From Paramecium tetraurelia (taxonomy: Eukaryota), in contig CT868363.1 in the NCBI GenBank assembly GCA_000165425.1, positions 124,001 through 188,000 on the forward strand: a stretch of DNA of 64,000 nt, in the 5' to 3' direction. Below, one piece after another: positions 51,833-64,000 of this stretch. The position numbers were made by a program, and so were the translations under genes. Each line of letters opens with the position of its first letter. The stretch's first letter is position 1. The notes under the pieces are model-generated. The model saw only the letters and a list, made by a program, of their open reading frames with translations. It made no database searches and was not told where the DNA came from.

Positions 51833-54428
51833 TTGGCAGAAGATAATTAGCGATGACGCTCTTAAAGCTTCTTCTTTTCCTCTTCTTAAGCCAATTATTG
51901 TCCAACCTTTAAGATCATATTATTGACCTTCTCGATTCTCACCAATCGTTCAGAATTTCTACTTCGGCAATGTTCAACCATGCTAGTGTCATCCTTGATT
52001 AAAAGTGGAATAGAAGTTTTGTCCTTCTCTAATAAGAACTATTCAGGATGAAGCATTTCTTTAGTCAAAATGGCTATTCTGGAATTTTGTTTTGAGAGCC
52101 TATGAGTTGAAGAAGCTTGATAACTTTTGAAAGAGGAATTAAAATCAACCTGTTAATCTGAATGATTAGATTTATGCAATGAATTAATGAGTGAGACAGG
52201 ACCTCCTTTGATACTTGAAGGGGCTGCAGGAGGCAATTTACCACTTTTATGAGAACCATGTTGCGATCTTATAAATATTTATATTTATACCCAATTCTTT
52301 ATTGACTGCCTCTTTGTTAGCTACCTCTTTATTGACTAGGTCTATTTTCTTATCCCGGGATTCTCAATTAATTATTTGGATTCCCCTATAGATTGGGAAT
52401 ATCAAATTAAGGATTTTGTAATTCATTTTTAGGTATTTTTTCAAATAGATTCATGACTTTATCTTTTTCAATTCCCTTTCTATAAATATTGGCTAACCCT
52501 GGAAACAAATTGACCAAATTGTCAAATATTTTAAAAATTTGTAAAGTAGTATATTGATTAACCTGTAAAACGTCAGCTGAGATTAAAATTTCATTTTTAT
52601 AACAGGCAACTAATGCTTTATCCTAAACCCATTGTCTCAATTTATCATCCATAACTTATTAAGGAGTGAGTTTCCCTATTTTTTCACCGTGCCAGACATC
52701 ATAAATCCTCACTTCTTATTGTGCATCCAAAGCAGCTGCCACTCCAGTGTGACTAACACTCATTCCAATAATCCTCCACAGACCTTGCTTTTGCTCTTCC
52801 ATTTTAATTTTACTTCCCTTTCTAAATTAATGTGTTCGTTTACACAACAACTTCCCTTCCTTTACATCATAAATGTTAACACCTCCATCGTATGAGGATG
52901 AAACCAATCTATTATCATCACAGAATTAAATCTGGGTACAAGTGTACATATGCTTATCTAAATAAAACCTCTCTTATTCCAAAATCAAATCATAAACAAA
53001 CACACTCCCTTATTATAATCCAGCAGCCAAGTACACCGATGATTTGGATATTGCCATACAACTCAAAGGGTAAAGAATTTAGACTTCTGTAACTGATGCT
53101 TATTGTTTAAATAGCTATTAAGTTGGCAATCCGAAAGAAGCACTTAAGTACTCTGGAAGTGCTGATCTCTTAGCACTAGTAAAACGATGTAATTCAAGTC
53201 TTGTTGTATTAGTCCAACCAACAACTATGCCTGTAACACATTCATGCTACTTGTATGAATTAAATGTTTTGTTTCCATTTTGAACACTAAATCTTTCCAC
53301 AATAAATTCAACAATTGCTCGGTATTTCTGAACAGGATAAGCATCATCATTTGGATATGCACTATTTTCATTTTCATCATAAAGTATTTCCTCTACAACT
53401 GGTACAGGTGCTACTTCGACTGGCTTTTTTGCCGGAACTGGAGCCTTCTTTTTAGGATCAACCTTCTCTTCAGGAGGAGGCTCTTTCGGGGTAGTCAAAT
53501 CTTATTTAATTTTAGCTATTATTCCATTATAATCCAATGTTTTCTTTATTCCATTGAACTTCACCTAATAAACCAAATCGGTCAATTCAGAACATGAGAT
53601 ATCCATCGGGGATGCCAGGATCTGCTATTATTGAACAGGAGGCACTATTGGTTAGTCTTTTCCTTTTATTGGTGATGGTTTGAATTGACTTTATAAGTGT
53701 CTTGGACTCTGTGCTCCCACACTGTTGTTTGATATTTGGCTTGAGTTTGATTATTGATCTATCTTTAAATCTGGGATTCTAAACACTTTAACACTTCCAT
53801 TATATTATGTAACAGTTATATATTAAGAATATTAACTTATGTCTACATCTACGGGATATTCACCAATCGCATTCTTGTCCTTTGATAATGTAATCGTATG
53901 GTGAAGCAATAGTTTATTTTCTAATGGCCTGAATCTATAAATGTACACTACTGGATCACTATGTTAAATAACTCCAATCCTAAATTAGTAATGACTTTCT
54001 ACACACAAACATTCTTGTAATCGTCTATTGCTTAATCTCTACTGCTTAAACACACTTTAAGTATTCTTTTCCCATTAGTTTCTTTCTTGGCAATTCTTAG
54101 TTTTTTACTTAAGTCCAATATCATCAGATTTCCTTAGGTATCTCCTGCGGCTACTAGATTGCTTGAACTATCTCGACTCACACAACTCAATTAAGGAATA
54201 TCAAAGACACCTTATGGAGGTAGTGTTCTTAATTGTCCTTCATAGTTTGGGTCAGAACGATATTTTTCAATTTCGAAAACTTTGTTATAGACTTCATTAA
54301 GTATCATAGTATTTAAGATTTTGTTAATGAATCTATCATTGCAATAAACTATTATACTTATATGGCTTTGGAAGTTTATCTTCCCAATTAGTTGGATTAC
54401 AATAACCCCATGAATTTAATTAATCCAT
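51829..54428 (-). CDS. WD40-repeat ciliary protein, WDR93-like
   Basis: N-terminal EDKLPKPY..IDSLTKIL..EVYNKVFEIEK..TLPPQG resembles WDR93 (LPQPY..INKL..WEIIE). WD-like LVAAGDTQGN and VTLECGSCFGCTIRSEDL, plus a PPPEEKVDPKKKAPVPAKKP low-complexity insert typical of ciliary proteins. Confidence 0.6.
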
Positions 54429-54909
54429 TATTATTTTAATTTACAATATTTAGAAATCTCAAAATTTTGGCTTCATTTTTGCTCTTGTTAATACCTTAAG
54501 GAATAAGTCTATTAATTTTGTAATTTATTAAATTAATAATCCTCCCCTCATTCACGAAATAAAATTAATTTTGACTTCATTGCCAAAATACATTATAGAT
54601 TATTTTCAGACCCATTTTCTCTAATTTTTATCTTGCATTTTGAAGTTTAATTTAGTAATATATAAATAAAAGATATAAACATTAACTTCTAATTAGTGTT
54701 TAGTTTCTTTTCTAATACTCAATTATCACTTTATATAGTAATTCAATTTCAAATCTGCAGTAAATCAAATATAAATAAACTCATAATAAGAATGGTTAAG
54801 TTAATTAACATACAATCGGATACTTAATATAATAGACATGAATTATTCACTCAATAAAGTGTAAAAATTATAGTATTAATTTTAATTTGTTATAAATAAA
54901 TATATTGTT

Positions 54910-56108
54910 ATGAAAACTCAAAAAACGGAACTTGTTCTTATTTTGCTATTGTGCACTATAAATTGTGTAAATATTAGTAAACAGGATGGCGTAGAAGAAC
55001 TGAAAGTAAATAGATAATAATGAAATAGACAAGAAAACAAGTTGGGGTAAGATTGCATGGAATCTAAGTTAATTAGCTTTTTCTGGTGACTCTGCTTTGT
55101 AAGAGCTAGCAGATGTTTTGACATCAGTGGTATAGATATGATTATTATATTCATTAGACAGAGTAGGTTAAAGATTTGAAGCATGATCACGAATTCGCTA
55201 GTGATAAAGCAATCAATGTTTATATTAGCAAGAATGAGAAGTTAGATTTCGGCATAGATGAGACAGTTACTTTTATTGCTAGGAACACAGATTATTTAGA
55301 CTCATAGATGCATGATTACATCGTGAATATAAATAAGAGATTAGAGAATCTAGATTAAAATGTGAATGAAAATAGAAAATAATTAGAATATCTAACATTC
55401 ACTAGATAAAAGCAAAATGATAAATTCTTAGATACTTGTAAACTATATATACATAGTAGTGTCACAATACGAGCATATGGTTGCACAAGTTGATATGTGC
55501 ATTGCCTTACTCTAAGGGATATTTGCCAATGAGCAATTTATCTAGGTCGATAGAGTCAAGATAATTACAAGAAAGATTTTCGCAGCTACAATGTTAATTG
55601 GAGGAATTGAAATGAAAGAGTTATTAGAGACAACTGAATCTGCCAATTATACAGACACAAGAGTTCAAAAATATGTATTAAATAAATTATTAATATCATT
55701 TAGATTCTAGAGGCTTTCAATAATCTGAGAAAGCAATTTGTTGATCACAAGAATTCAGATATTGCATATGATGCTGAATAATAAAAATAATATGAAGATT
55801 AAAAGCATCAATTAGATGGAGAACTTTTGATTTTCAAAAAAGACATTGCAGAATTGATATACAATCTATCAGTTGCGGAAGAGAAAATAAGATAAATTAA
55901 AGATGATATTGAATCAAATAAATAAGATCAAGAGTTTTACAAGAAGGAGAAAGAGTTCATTATTAACGGTAATCAAATTGAGGAAAAATGGAAGGCTAAA
56001 ATAATTTAGGAATATAACAATTAATTGTTATCAATAGAGAAAGCAATGAATCTAATAAGTTAACCAGACTTTTGGGCAAGGAACGATTAGATCAAGTTAA
56101 ATAATTGA
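54910..56108 (+). CDS. Divergent trichocyst matrix protein-like secreted coiled-coil protein (T1-like)
   Basis: Signal-like LVLILLLCTINC, pro-region TSWGKIAWNLSQLAFSGDSALQEL, and coiled coil RLENLDQNVNENRKQLEYLTFTRQKQNDKF paralleling TMP1. About 4 introns; TGA at 56106-56108. Confidence 0.6.
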
Positions 56109-56255
56109 AAATTGATATAGATATTAAACATAATCATTCATTTTTTCACTTTATTTATGTTGTTTTCATTTTCTTAGAGAATTGCAAAGATTTTGTGTAA
56201 TTATTGTCTATAGAGGTAGTTTATATTGTAATATTAATGTACATTTAATAATTTA

Positions 56256-56802
56256 TCATTTCTTTCCCTTTGGTTTTCCTGCTCCTTTAGCAGCAGCCTT
56301 TTGTGCTGCCTTAGTTTCGGCCTTTTGTGCAGCTTTTTAAGTGGTTGTTACACCTTTTCTTTGTGACTTTTATGTCTCAATTTACTTCTGCTTTCTGTCC
56401 TTGATTTCTCTAGCAGCCTATTCAGCTTGAGCTTTTCTTGTTTCTAATTAAAAGTTTATAACAATCAAAATTTACTTTCATCTTCCTTTCTTCTTCTTCT
56501 AATCTCTTCTAGTGATATACCAACAATAGCTCTTTAGACCTTGAGATTTCTGATTCTTCTCTTCTTTGCTCCTTCATCTGTTTTAATCTTCTTGTTCAAT
56601 CTTCTCCAAGCAATAGTCCATTGAATTTCTTGGCTTTTAATCTTGAATGTTAAATTTCATATCATACTTTTCTGGCAGAAAATGCTCTACTCTTTTGATT
56701 CAAGTAGTAAAATAATCTACCATCCTTAGCCACGAATCTACGACCATGTCCAGGGTAAATACGCCATTCACTAAAAGAGCACAAATCTGTCTTGATAACC
56801 AT
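56256..56802 (-). CDS. RPL24: 60S ribosomal protein L24 (eL24)
   Basis: MVIKTDLCSFSEWRIYPGHGRRFVAKDGR...IQWTIAWRRLNKK...VQRAIVGISLEEIRRRR, with an A/K-rich tail; two introns. Confidence 0.95.
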
Positions 56803-56830
56803 TTTAAATTAAAATAAAAATCTTTTTTTA

Positions 56831-59800
56831 ATGAATTTAATCGCTAGTGTGCAAGATAAACTCAAGCAATAAGTGCCAACTGATAAATAACTTTAAATGA
56901 GTCATTTCGCAAGATTGGTGGAGCTATTGAATGAAAATGCAAAAAATTAATAAATCTCAGATTTGAACTAAATAGTACAAGCACTCATTTAATTTTCATT
57001 TCCTCAGCATACTTATTAGATGATTTGTAACTCTCTCTCCTTATTGATTGCCAAATCAGGAAATGAATAAATTAAATAGGTTGTTGAGATTTTATTGCAA
57101 CATATAAACAAGAAGGGATCACTTAAGAGTATTGCTTTGACTTTACTTGTCACATTAATTCAACTTACTAAACATGAAATCCAATCCTTTTCCTACACTC
57201 TAACCTAAGATATTAGCGCTGCTTTGATGAAGTTGTTAAAGAACTCTGATTATCGTTTGACTCTGTGCAATTCATTGCATTTCTTAATTGAATCGTAAAA
57301 GAATGAAATTCTAAAAATATCCCTCAAATTTACATTAAATGAAAAACATGAGGCAGTTTAATAAGCAGGAATGCAAACTCTAATACATTTAATGGAATAG
57401 GATGTGGTATCAGAACAAATGTATTTAATAGCTTATAAATCAGATGACTCGCCCCTATTTTATAAATTTTTTTCTAGATACTTATTTTAATAATAGAATA
57501 TAATGGCTCTAACAAAAAAGGATAAATTAAAGCAATAGGTACAACTTTAACCCAGAGAATAAGCATAAAAAATATTTCAGCTTTTTGATGAAAACTTATC
57601 CAAATTTCCCTCTAATATTGTTGGAAGCATATTCATAGCATATAAGAAGTATAATTTCTACTTATATTTAAGATATTTGATCCATGAATTCAAGAAATTA
57701 GGCCTTTCTATTGTGAGAGGATCTTTTGAAATCTCCTGTTCATATTTAGGATGTATGGCATTAGAAGATCCATATCTACATACAGTTTATAAAAAGTATC
57801 GAATGATTTAAATAATTTAGAGCAGTTAACCTATGTCTCTATATGGTTTAACAGGTTTAATTGAATGAAAGAAAGGATTTATTAGAGTATTTCTTTGATA
57901 AGATTTCTAAGGCAAAGAGTTAGAAATGGAATGTTTATATATATAAGCTACTCTTGAAAGGAATGAATTTCTTATTTGATACATTAGGTTCGAATGTTTT
58001 TGATGATAAAAGATCAAAGCCTTCTGAATTTATAGATATACTGACTCCTATTTTTAAAATCAATGATATTTTATAGCATCCAATGAGCATAGATAAGCCC
58101 ATCTGTATTAGTGTGAGTAGAAATTTATTCAACACTTTTGAATCATTATTCCAAGAGAATAAAAAGTGGTAATAAAGCATTTTGTCAGCCTTACTTAATT
58201 ATGCCAAAATTACATTAGCAGAACTTAATGTTAAGGAAACCAATTCATTGATAAATTAATTAAGAATATAATGTGCATTATTATCGAAATTGTTCTCCTT
58301 GTTGGACTTATAATTGCATTCAATTTCAAGTGAACTGATAAATCATTTATGGGAAACAGCGAAGTCATTTCTAGATAAATCCTCTTAATTAAGAAGAATT
58401 GGATGGATCACAATTGCAGAGTTATTGATGGTTCCTTATTTTGGAACAACTAATAAAGTAAAAGAAGTTGGAATATTGATTGAAAAAAATCTAACTTCTA
58501 AGGATGAGATAAAAGATGAATAATAATTATAAAGTTATTGTAGTGTTGGCCTTGTCATTATTTCAATACTGAATAGTAGTACATTATCAAAATAAATTAA
58601 GGATACAACTAGAAAGTTTTTGGCTTAACAAACTATTTTGATGTTTGCTAAGTTATCATAATGTAAATTCGATAAGTAATCACCATTTGTGATATCTTCG
58701 AAATATGTATTTTATTAGGCAATCAGATAAATTCAACCAAAATATTATTCAAATGAATTAAATTCACTTGTATAATTTTGTCTTGAAGATATAATAAATG
58801 GAAATTCACTCTGGAATTAAGTAAATGTTCATAAAAATAATCATTATGTTGATGAACTTATGGGAATTCCTAGATCAGAATTTTAGTTAGTCTTGGCAGC
58901 TAGCAAATTTTTAGGTCATATCATTTCTTCATAATCGTTTACCCTCAAAAATAAAATCAATTTCATCAGATATGTAAATGGTACACTACAAACACAAGTT
59001 GTGAATATAAAAGATGTCTAATAGAAGTAATCTAAACAATAATGTTATTTATTTTGTCTTTATTAAATTGCACTTAAAATTTATTAGGCGAATTCACTTG
59101 TATCTCAAGAATTCAATGAACAAATATTTTAAGTTATTAATTTGTGTTAATGTGTTGATAATTAAATCCAATAATTATGCGCCTACCTTTATTGTTCAAT
59201 GTTATAAATTAAAGATGTTGACCAAGCAGAATAATTAAACTAGTTGTTATCATAAAAGTCACAAGCTAATTTCACCTATTTAGTTTTAGAGATTCTGAAA
59301 AAGAAGCTTACTGGAGTTTAATTATAAGTGCAAAATCTTCTGATGAAAGTATTGTCATAAATGACAACTGATGTTGCCAAAGTTATTCAACTCTTTTAGT
59401 AGATTGATCCAAGTTTACTCAAAAACGTTTGGGTGTTCCTTGTATTTGCAATAAGTTAAAGTGATAAACCTATCTAAATATGTTAATTTAAAATTCTGTC
59501 TGAAATTATTTTGAATTATGTTCGAAATGGTGGTATTAAGGATAATTACTTTAATATCATCTATCAAGAATGTAGATGCAGACTGTAGTCAAAATAATTC
59601 TAAATTTTATAACTAGACTTTGCATTAGAATAGGACACAGAATAAACTGTGACAAAAGCTGTTAATTTATTATTAAAAAAGCCATCTCTTAAAATTGCAG
59701 TTTTTATAGACTAACTAACTGATAAATACACTATGCCTTCTTTAGTATAGCCTATTTTATTTGTTCTAAATAATTTATTTTCGAATTAGCGAGTTCATTC

Positions 59801-61803
59801 GACCTAAGAATAAATGGATCTTCGAAATTTAATGAAAAATATTTTCATTAAAATTTATAATCAACCTATTGCAGAGTTACTTCAACTTCTATAGCCTTAT
59901 ATTTTAGATGAAGTGATACCTGAACAATAAGAAAGAATACCCATCCACATTAAAACAAGAATCTTCCTTTTAAAAAGATTGTAAAAGCTATTTAAATAAT
60001 GTGATACATCAGATCAGGTATTTGATTTTCTATTCAAAATTACAACTTCCATCTATGAGGAAGCAAAGGAAATATCATTTGATATGTTCCAACACTTTTT
60101 TTACAAGGAAAAGGACCTATTAATTTTTGCAGCTCAAATAGATTCAATACTATGTGATACAATTAGAAGAGAAAATTAAAATTCTCCTTCTGTAAACCTA
60201 ACTAACATGAAGCTTATTAGTAAATTTGCTAAAATTGTAAAAGATGAATTTTTGGCTACTAAATTAATTTAATTATTATCTAAACCATTGTTAAATGAAG
60301 GCAGAAAGAAACTGGTTCCTAGCTAATTTTTTAGCGAAAAGTCATAACTCAATATCCTAATATAAAGAATTGTTTCATTAGGAAGTATCTATAGAAAATT
60401 ACCAAACCATTTTGATTAAACTCTTGTAGAGTAGTTGAAATGCTATGTCGAAGAATTACTGGAGGATATATTTGTGATTCTATGTACGCCTAGATCTCAT
60501 GTAAGGGAATGTCAGTCTTATAATTTTGTCTATAATGGAAAAAAATATAGCTTTGATCAAGGCTTTCTCCATCAATCGTTGCCAAAACTACTGAGAATAT
60601 CAAACCTTGATAAGCCTATCCACTTTACTTTAATTGGCTACATTGTTACATAGTATGTAAGATTATTCATCATTTTTAGGGAGCATTTGAACAAAATGAG
60701 AATATGTTCAAAAAAACCATAGAAAATCTTACAAAAGAAAGAATATTATAATGTAGAACTTATAGAATAAAGGGAATCCAATTATTAACTGAAGTTATCA
60801 ACAAGAATCCTCATAATCAATTACTGATTAATGGAGTTCAAAACTTATTACCTATAATCTCTGCAGAAGCGCCTTATTCTTTAGTTATTTGTTATCAATT
60901 TTATTAAACCCTTATTCATCATTAAATTGACTTATAATTAATCCTTGACCCTTTGATTCAAATCTATTAATTAACAGTAGATTAGAACCTAAAATTAAAT
61001 TGTTTAGCATCTTTGTTAAAAATAACTTAACAAAATCCCTAGGCTTCAGATTAAATCAATACTATATTTTGGGACTTTCTACTCACCTAAGCATATGAAT
61101 TCATGAGATGCACACAATTAATTTAATTTTATAAGGATAAAATATATAGTTTAAAATATAACGGTTATATTTAGACTATTTTATAAGCGATATCTGGTGC
61201 CTAAAAAATGAGATAGGAAGATTATTACATATTATTAAATTTAGATGGTTTAATCAACAATCATTAAGATAGTTAGGGATATTAATAATTAATAGATTGT
61301 AAGCTATTTTCTTATTATTAAAATAGTGCATTTTACAAATCTGGTATCGATTGCCTTGGCGTTAATCAAACAAATTAAATAGAATATATAACCAATATTA
61401 AACTGTTTGCTTCCTGCAATATATCGAAAAATCTCAAATAAGGAATCTAATTCATATATATTAATAGGGAAGTTTTTATTGCTCAGTTATTTATTGAGCA
61501 ATTAAAAATAACAAATATTTCTGAGTACTTTCAGGATTATGGATCTTTTCACAGAGGAAAACTTGGATGCGTCTATCATTGATGCTTCAAAATAAAATCT
61601 GAAAATCATATTGTTGAATACTTAGATGAACTAATTAAATTTACCAGATGACTTATCTGAAAAAGTCTAATTAATATAGGATGATATTTAAAGGGAGATG
61701 TATGTTATACATTTAAAACAATAGTTAAGAAAAGCAATAGAGAGAAACTAAACAAAAGCAGCCTTAGCAATCGGGATAAATAGTATTAAAGATGTTTGGG
61801 TGA
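56831..61803 (+). CDS. HEAT-repeat protein, HEATR5/Laa1/SWEETIE-like (AP-1 accessory factor candidate)
   Basis: About 1,600 codons of helical repeats. SSQLRRIGWITIAELL resembles HEATR5 RTQAGWLLLGALM, LVLAASKFLGHII..TLKNKINF resembles VIDASVALFG..KHRLQML, and the terminal QIVLKMFG resembles the TIxLK..F end of HEATR5/Laa1. Confidence 0.6.
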
Positions 61804-61827
61804 TGTATTATATAATTAAATTAATTA

Positions 61828-62337
61828 ATGTCTCAGTTTTCTGATCGTTGCAAAACAGATCCTGATGAAGATAGTGAGATTAAACGAAAAAGAAAATAGG
61901 TTTAACAATTCATCTAAAATTCAAAGGAGGAATAAAAAAAATTATCTGATCTTTTTAAAAATGACTTAGATTTATAAAGTTAGAAAATAAAAGAAAGAAT
62001 TCAAAAAAGAAATTTCAAAAAACCTATTGCAAAATCATCTAGTTGTGGTGTCTATATGTCAAGCAATCCTATGAGTGAGTCTCAGTCTTTAGCTGATACA
62101 GAGGATTATCAAGAAACACTATATGAAGATGCATTGCTGGAGTTAGATAACTAAAGAGATGAAAAAATCTATAGAATAGTTTAACATTATAACAATTAAA
62201 TAAATAATCTAAGAATGATAGATTTTACAGAAGAATCACTATAATAAATGCTACATTTTGAAAAAAAAAAATGGGAAGAAATCTAAAATATACAAGAATA
62301 ATATGAAATAATAAAAAGTAATTAAATATAACAATGA
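61828..62337 (+). CDS. Hypothetical charged protein (169 aa, intronless)
   Basis: MSQFSDRCKTDPDEDSEIKRKRKQ..., 510 nt open in the ciliate code to TGA at 62335-62337; NLS-like KRKRK. Confidence 0.6.
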
Positions 62338-62544
62338 GAATATATCATTAAATTTGATCAAAATTCTATCACTCTTCATATCTATTTTTTATAAATGTGA
62401 AATTATAATTTTAACTTTAATTTAGACAGAGTTCCCTTTAAATTCTTATTTATATTATGATGATTGCATTGATATTTCTTAAATTAATTGAATATTATAT
62501 AAGATTAAGATTATAATATAATAATTTGATAATAAAATATTTTA

Positions 62545-63138
62545 ATGAATACCTTAGACAAAGAGAAGGTTTTGTTCTTCTGTTGTGATATTTAGGATGT
62601 TTTTAATAATGAAGCCAATTAAAAGAATTATAATTGTTTGTAGGTTATAGAATGTGCATGTTTGATGAATGAATTCGCTAAAGTTTATGACATACCCATA
62701 ATTGTCTCAGAATAAAACCCTAAGGTTTTTGGAAGCACAGTTCAATAATTAAAGAACACATTCACATAAAACACTCATTTTTACGAGAAGTTTACTTTCA
62801 CGATGCTGTCTGATAAAGGATTAGAAATATTAAAACAGTATCCAAATAGAAATCAGGTTGTGATTTACGGATTAGAAACCCATATTTGTGTTTAACAAAC
62901 ATGCTTGGATCTTATAAAGTTAGGCTACTAAGTTTATGTATTGACTGATGGTACTTCAAGTAGTAAGCCATTATTTAGATCAACTGCGTATGAAAGATTA
63001 AAATAATGTAATGTATATTTAGAGACTTCTCAATCTGTAATGTATACATTAATGTAAACCTCTTAAAATGAGAAATTTAGAGAGGTTTTAAAATTAGTAA
63101 AAAAATATTAGTTTTAAAACATATTTCCAAGTTTATGA
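62545..63138 (+). CDS. Isochorismatase-domain protein (ISOC1/2-like), copy 1, intronless
   Basis: FFCCDIQ, SEQNPKVFGSTV, EKFTFTM, VVIYGLETHICVQQTCLDL and DGTSS motifs; 594 nt. Confidence 0.9.
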
Positions 63139-63176
63139 TGAATTTATTATTATATTATAAATATCATAAATTAATA

Positions 63177-63820
63177 ATGAAGATTGCTTAATTGTTACGA
63201 AATAGAGTGCTCTTTTTCAATTGTGATATATAGGCTGTCTTCAACAATCCTAAACATATGTACAATCCAGGTTAAACAATATAATGTGCTCAATTAATGA
63301 ATGAAGTATATTTTTGTTTATAAAATATAGGCAGCAGGTATACTAAATATCCCAGTGGTTTATACTGAATAAAACGTCAAGGCTTTTGGATCAACAATTC
63401 CTGAAGTAAAAGCAACTATTCCTCCAAATAGTCATTATTATGAAAAACACACATTTTCAATGTACAATGATGATGGAAAGAAGGTTCTATCCTAGTATCC
63501 TGACAAGAATTAAGTTGTCATATATGGCTGGGAAGCACATGTTTGTGTTTAATAAACTTGTTTGGATTTAGTTAGAAATGGTAGTGCAATGAAGATATAC
63601 TCTAGGTTATCAAGTTCACATATTAACAGACGGAACCTCAAGCAACAAACCACTATATAGATCAACATCTTACTAGCGATTAGCTTAATAGGGAGTGGTG
63701 ATCGATAATTCACAATCAGTGCTATATGAATTGCTATAGTCTTATAAGGATGAAAAGTTCAAACCAATTTTAAGTTTATTTAAGAAATATAAATACGAAG
63801 AGGTCTTTACAACGTTATGA
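63177..63820 (+). CDS. Isochorismatase-domain protein (ISOC1/2-like), copy 2, two introns
   Basis: FFNCDIQ, TEQNVKAFGSTI, EKHTFSM and VVIYGWEAHVCVQQTCLDL motifs. 25-nt introns at 63306-63330 and 63581-63605; spliced CDS 594 nt. Confidence 0.9.
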
Positions 63821-63847
63821 ATAAAAATAAAGGTTAAAAAATCAATA

Positions 63848-64000
63848 TCATAAAACTAAATTGCCTTTTTTTATCTATTCTTCCTTTATTTTTAATGTTC
63901 CAATTTTATAATATTGAGTATTGCTAATATCTCATTTATGCTGGTCTAGTGTTATCAATAAATTATGGATCCGCATATTTATCGATAGCAACCATATCAT
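63848..64000 (-). CDS. Possible 3' end of a gene running off the window
   Basis: Minus-strand frame DMVAIDKYADPQFIDNTRPAQMRYQQY... looks coding; stop not resolved. Confidence 0.25.

Noticed and set aside
1..64000. Many in-frame TAA/TAG codons suggesting wholesale pseudogenisation
   Set aside because: They fall at Gln positions of conserved proteins (e.g. kinesin AYG-TAA-TSSGKT, isochorismatase CDI-TAG), i.e. the ciliate nuclear code.
1..64000. tRNA/rRNA genes, telomeric C4A2/C3A3 tracts, transposases
   Set aside because: None recognised by eye. Small ncRNAs such as snoRNAs cannot be excluded without a covariance-model search.

Overview
AT-rich, gene-dense eukaryotic DNA from a ciliate somatic (macronuclear) chromosome, almost certainly Paramecium. 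Genes read through only when TAA/TAG are taken as Gln and TGA as the sole stop, and they are interrupted by 20-34 nt GT..AG introns. The supplied ORF track uses the standard code, so it shows only fragments and shadow ORFs. Re-reading by hand gives about 30 genes: three trichocyst matrix protein (TMP) genes, a secreted H-type-lectin/beta-gamma-crystallin protein, clathrin light chain, GTPBP1/2, an MFS transporter, an M1 aminopeptidase, eIF2B-alpha, a TPR/IQ protein, a CDPK-like pseudokinase, kinesin-1, a VAP-like protein, STEEP1-like, SF-assemblin-like, HID1-like, a RING+Tudor-knot protein, an EF-hand protein, a ~4,000-aa GPI-anchored surface-antigen-family gene, DUF1295, WDR93-like, RPL24, HEATR5-like and two tandem isochorismatases. 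Most notable: (1) a candidate trichocyst-tip lectin flanked by TMP genes, in a window rich in dense-core-granule trafficking genes; (2) the giant surface-antigen gene carries at least six single-base +1 frameshifts and a long divergent 4-Cys repeat core; (3) a HIT zinc-finger reading frame has TGA exactly at a Zn-ligand Cys and an ATG overlapping the upstream stop. All family calls come from motif recognition by eye, with no database search, and gene ends may be off where intron choice is ambiguous.
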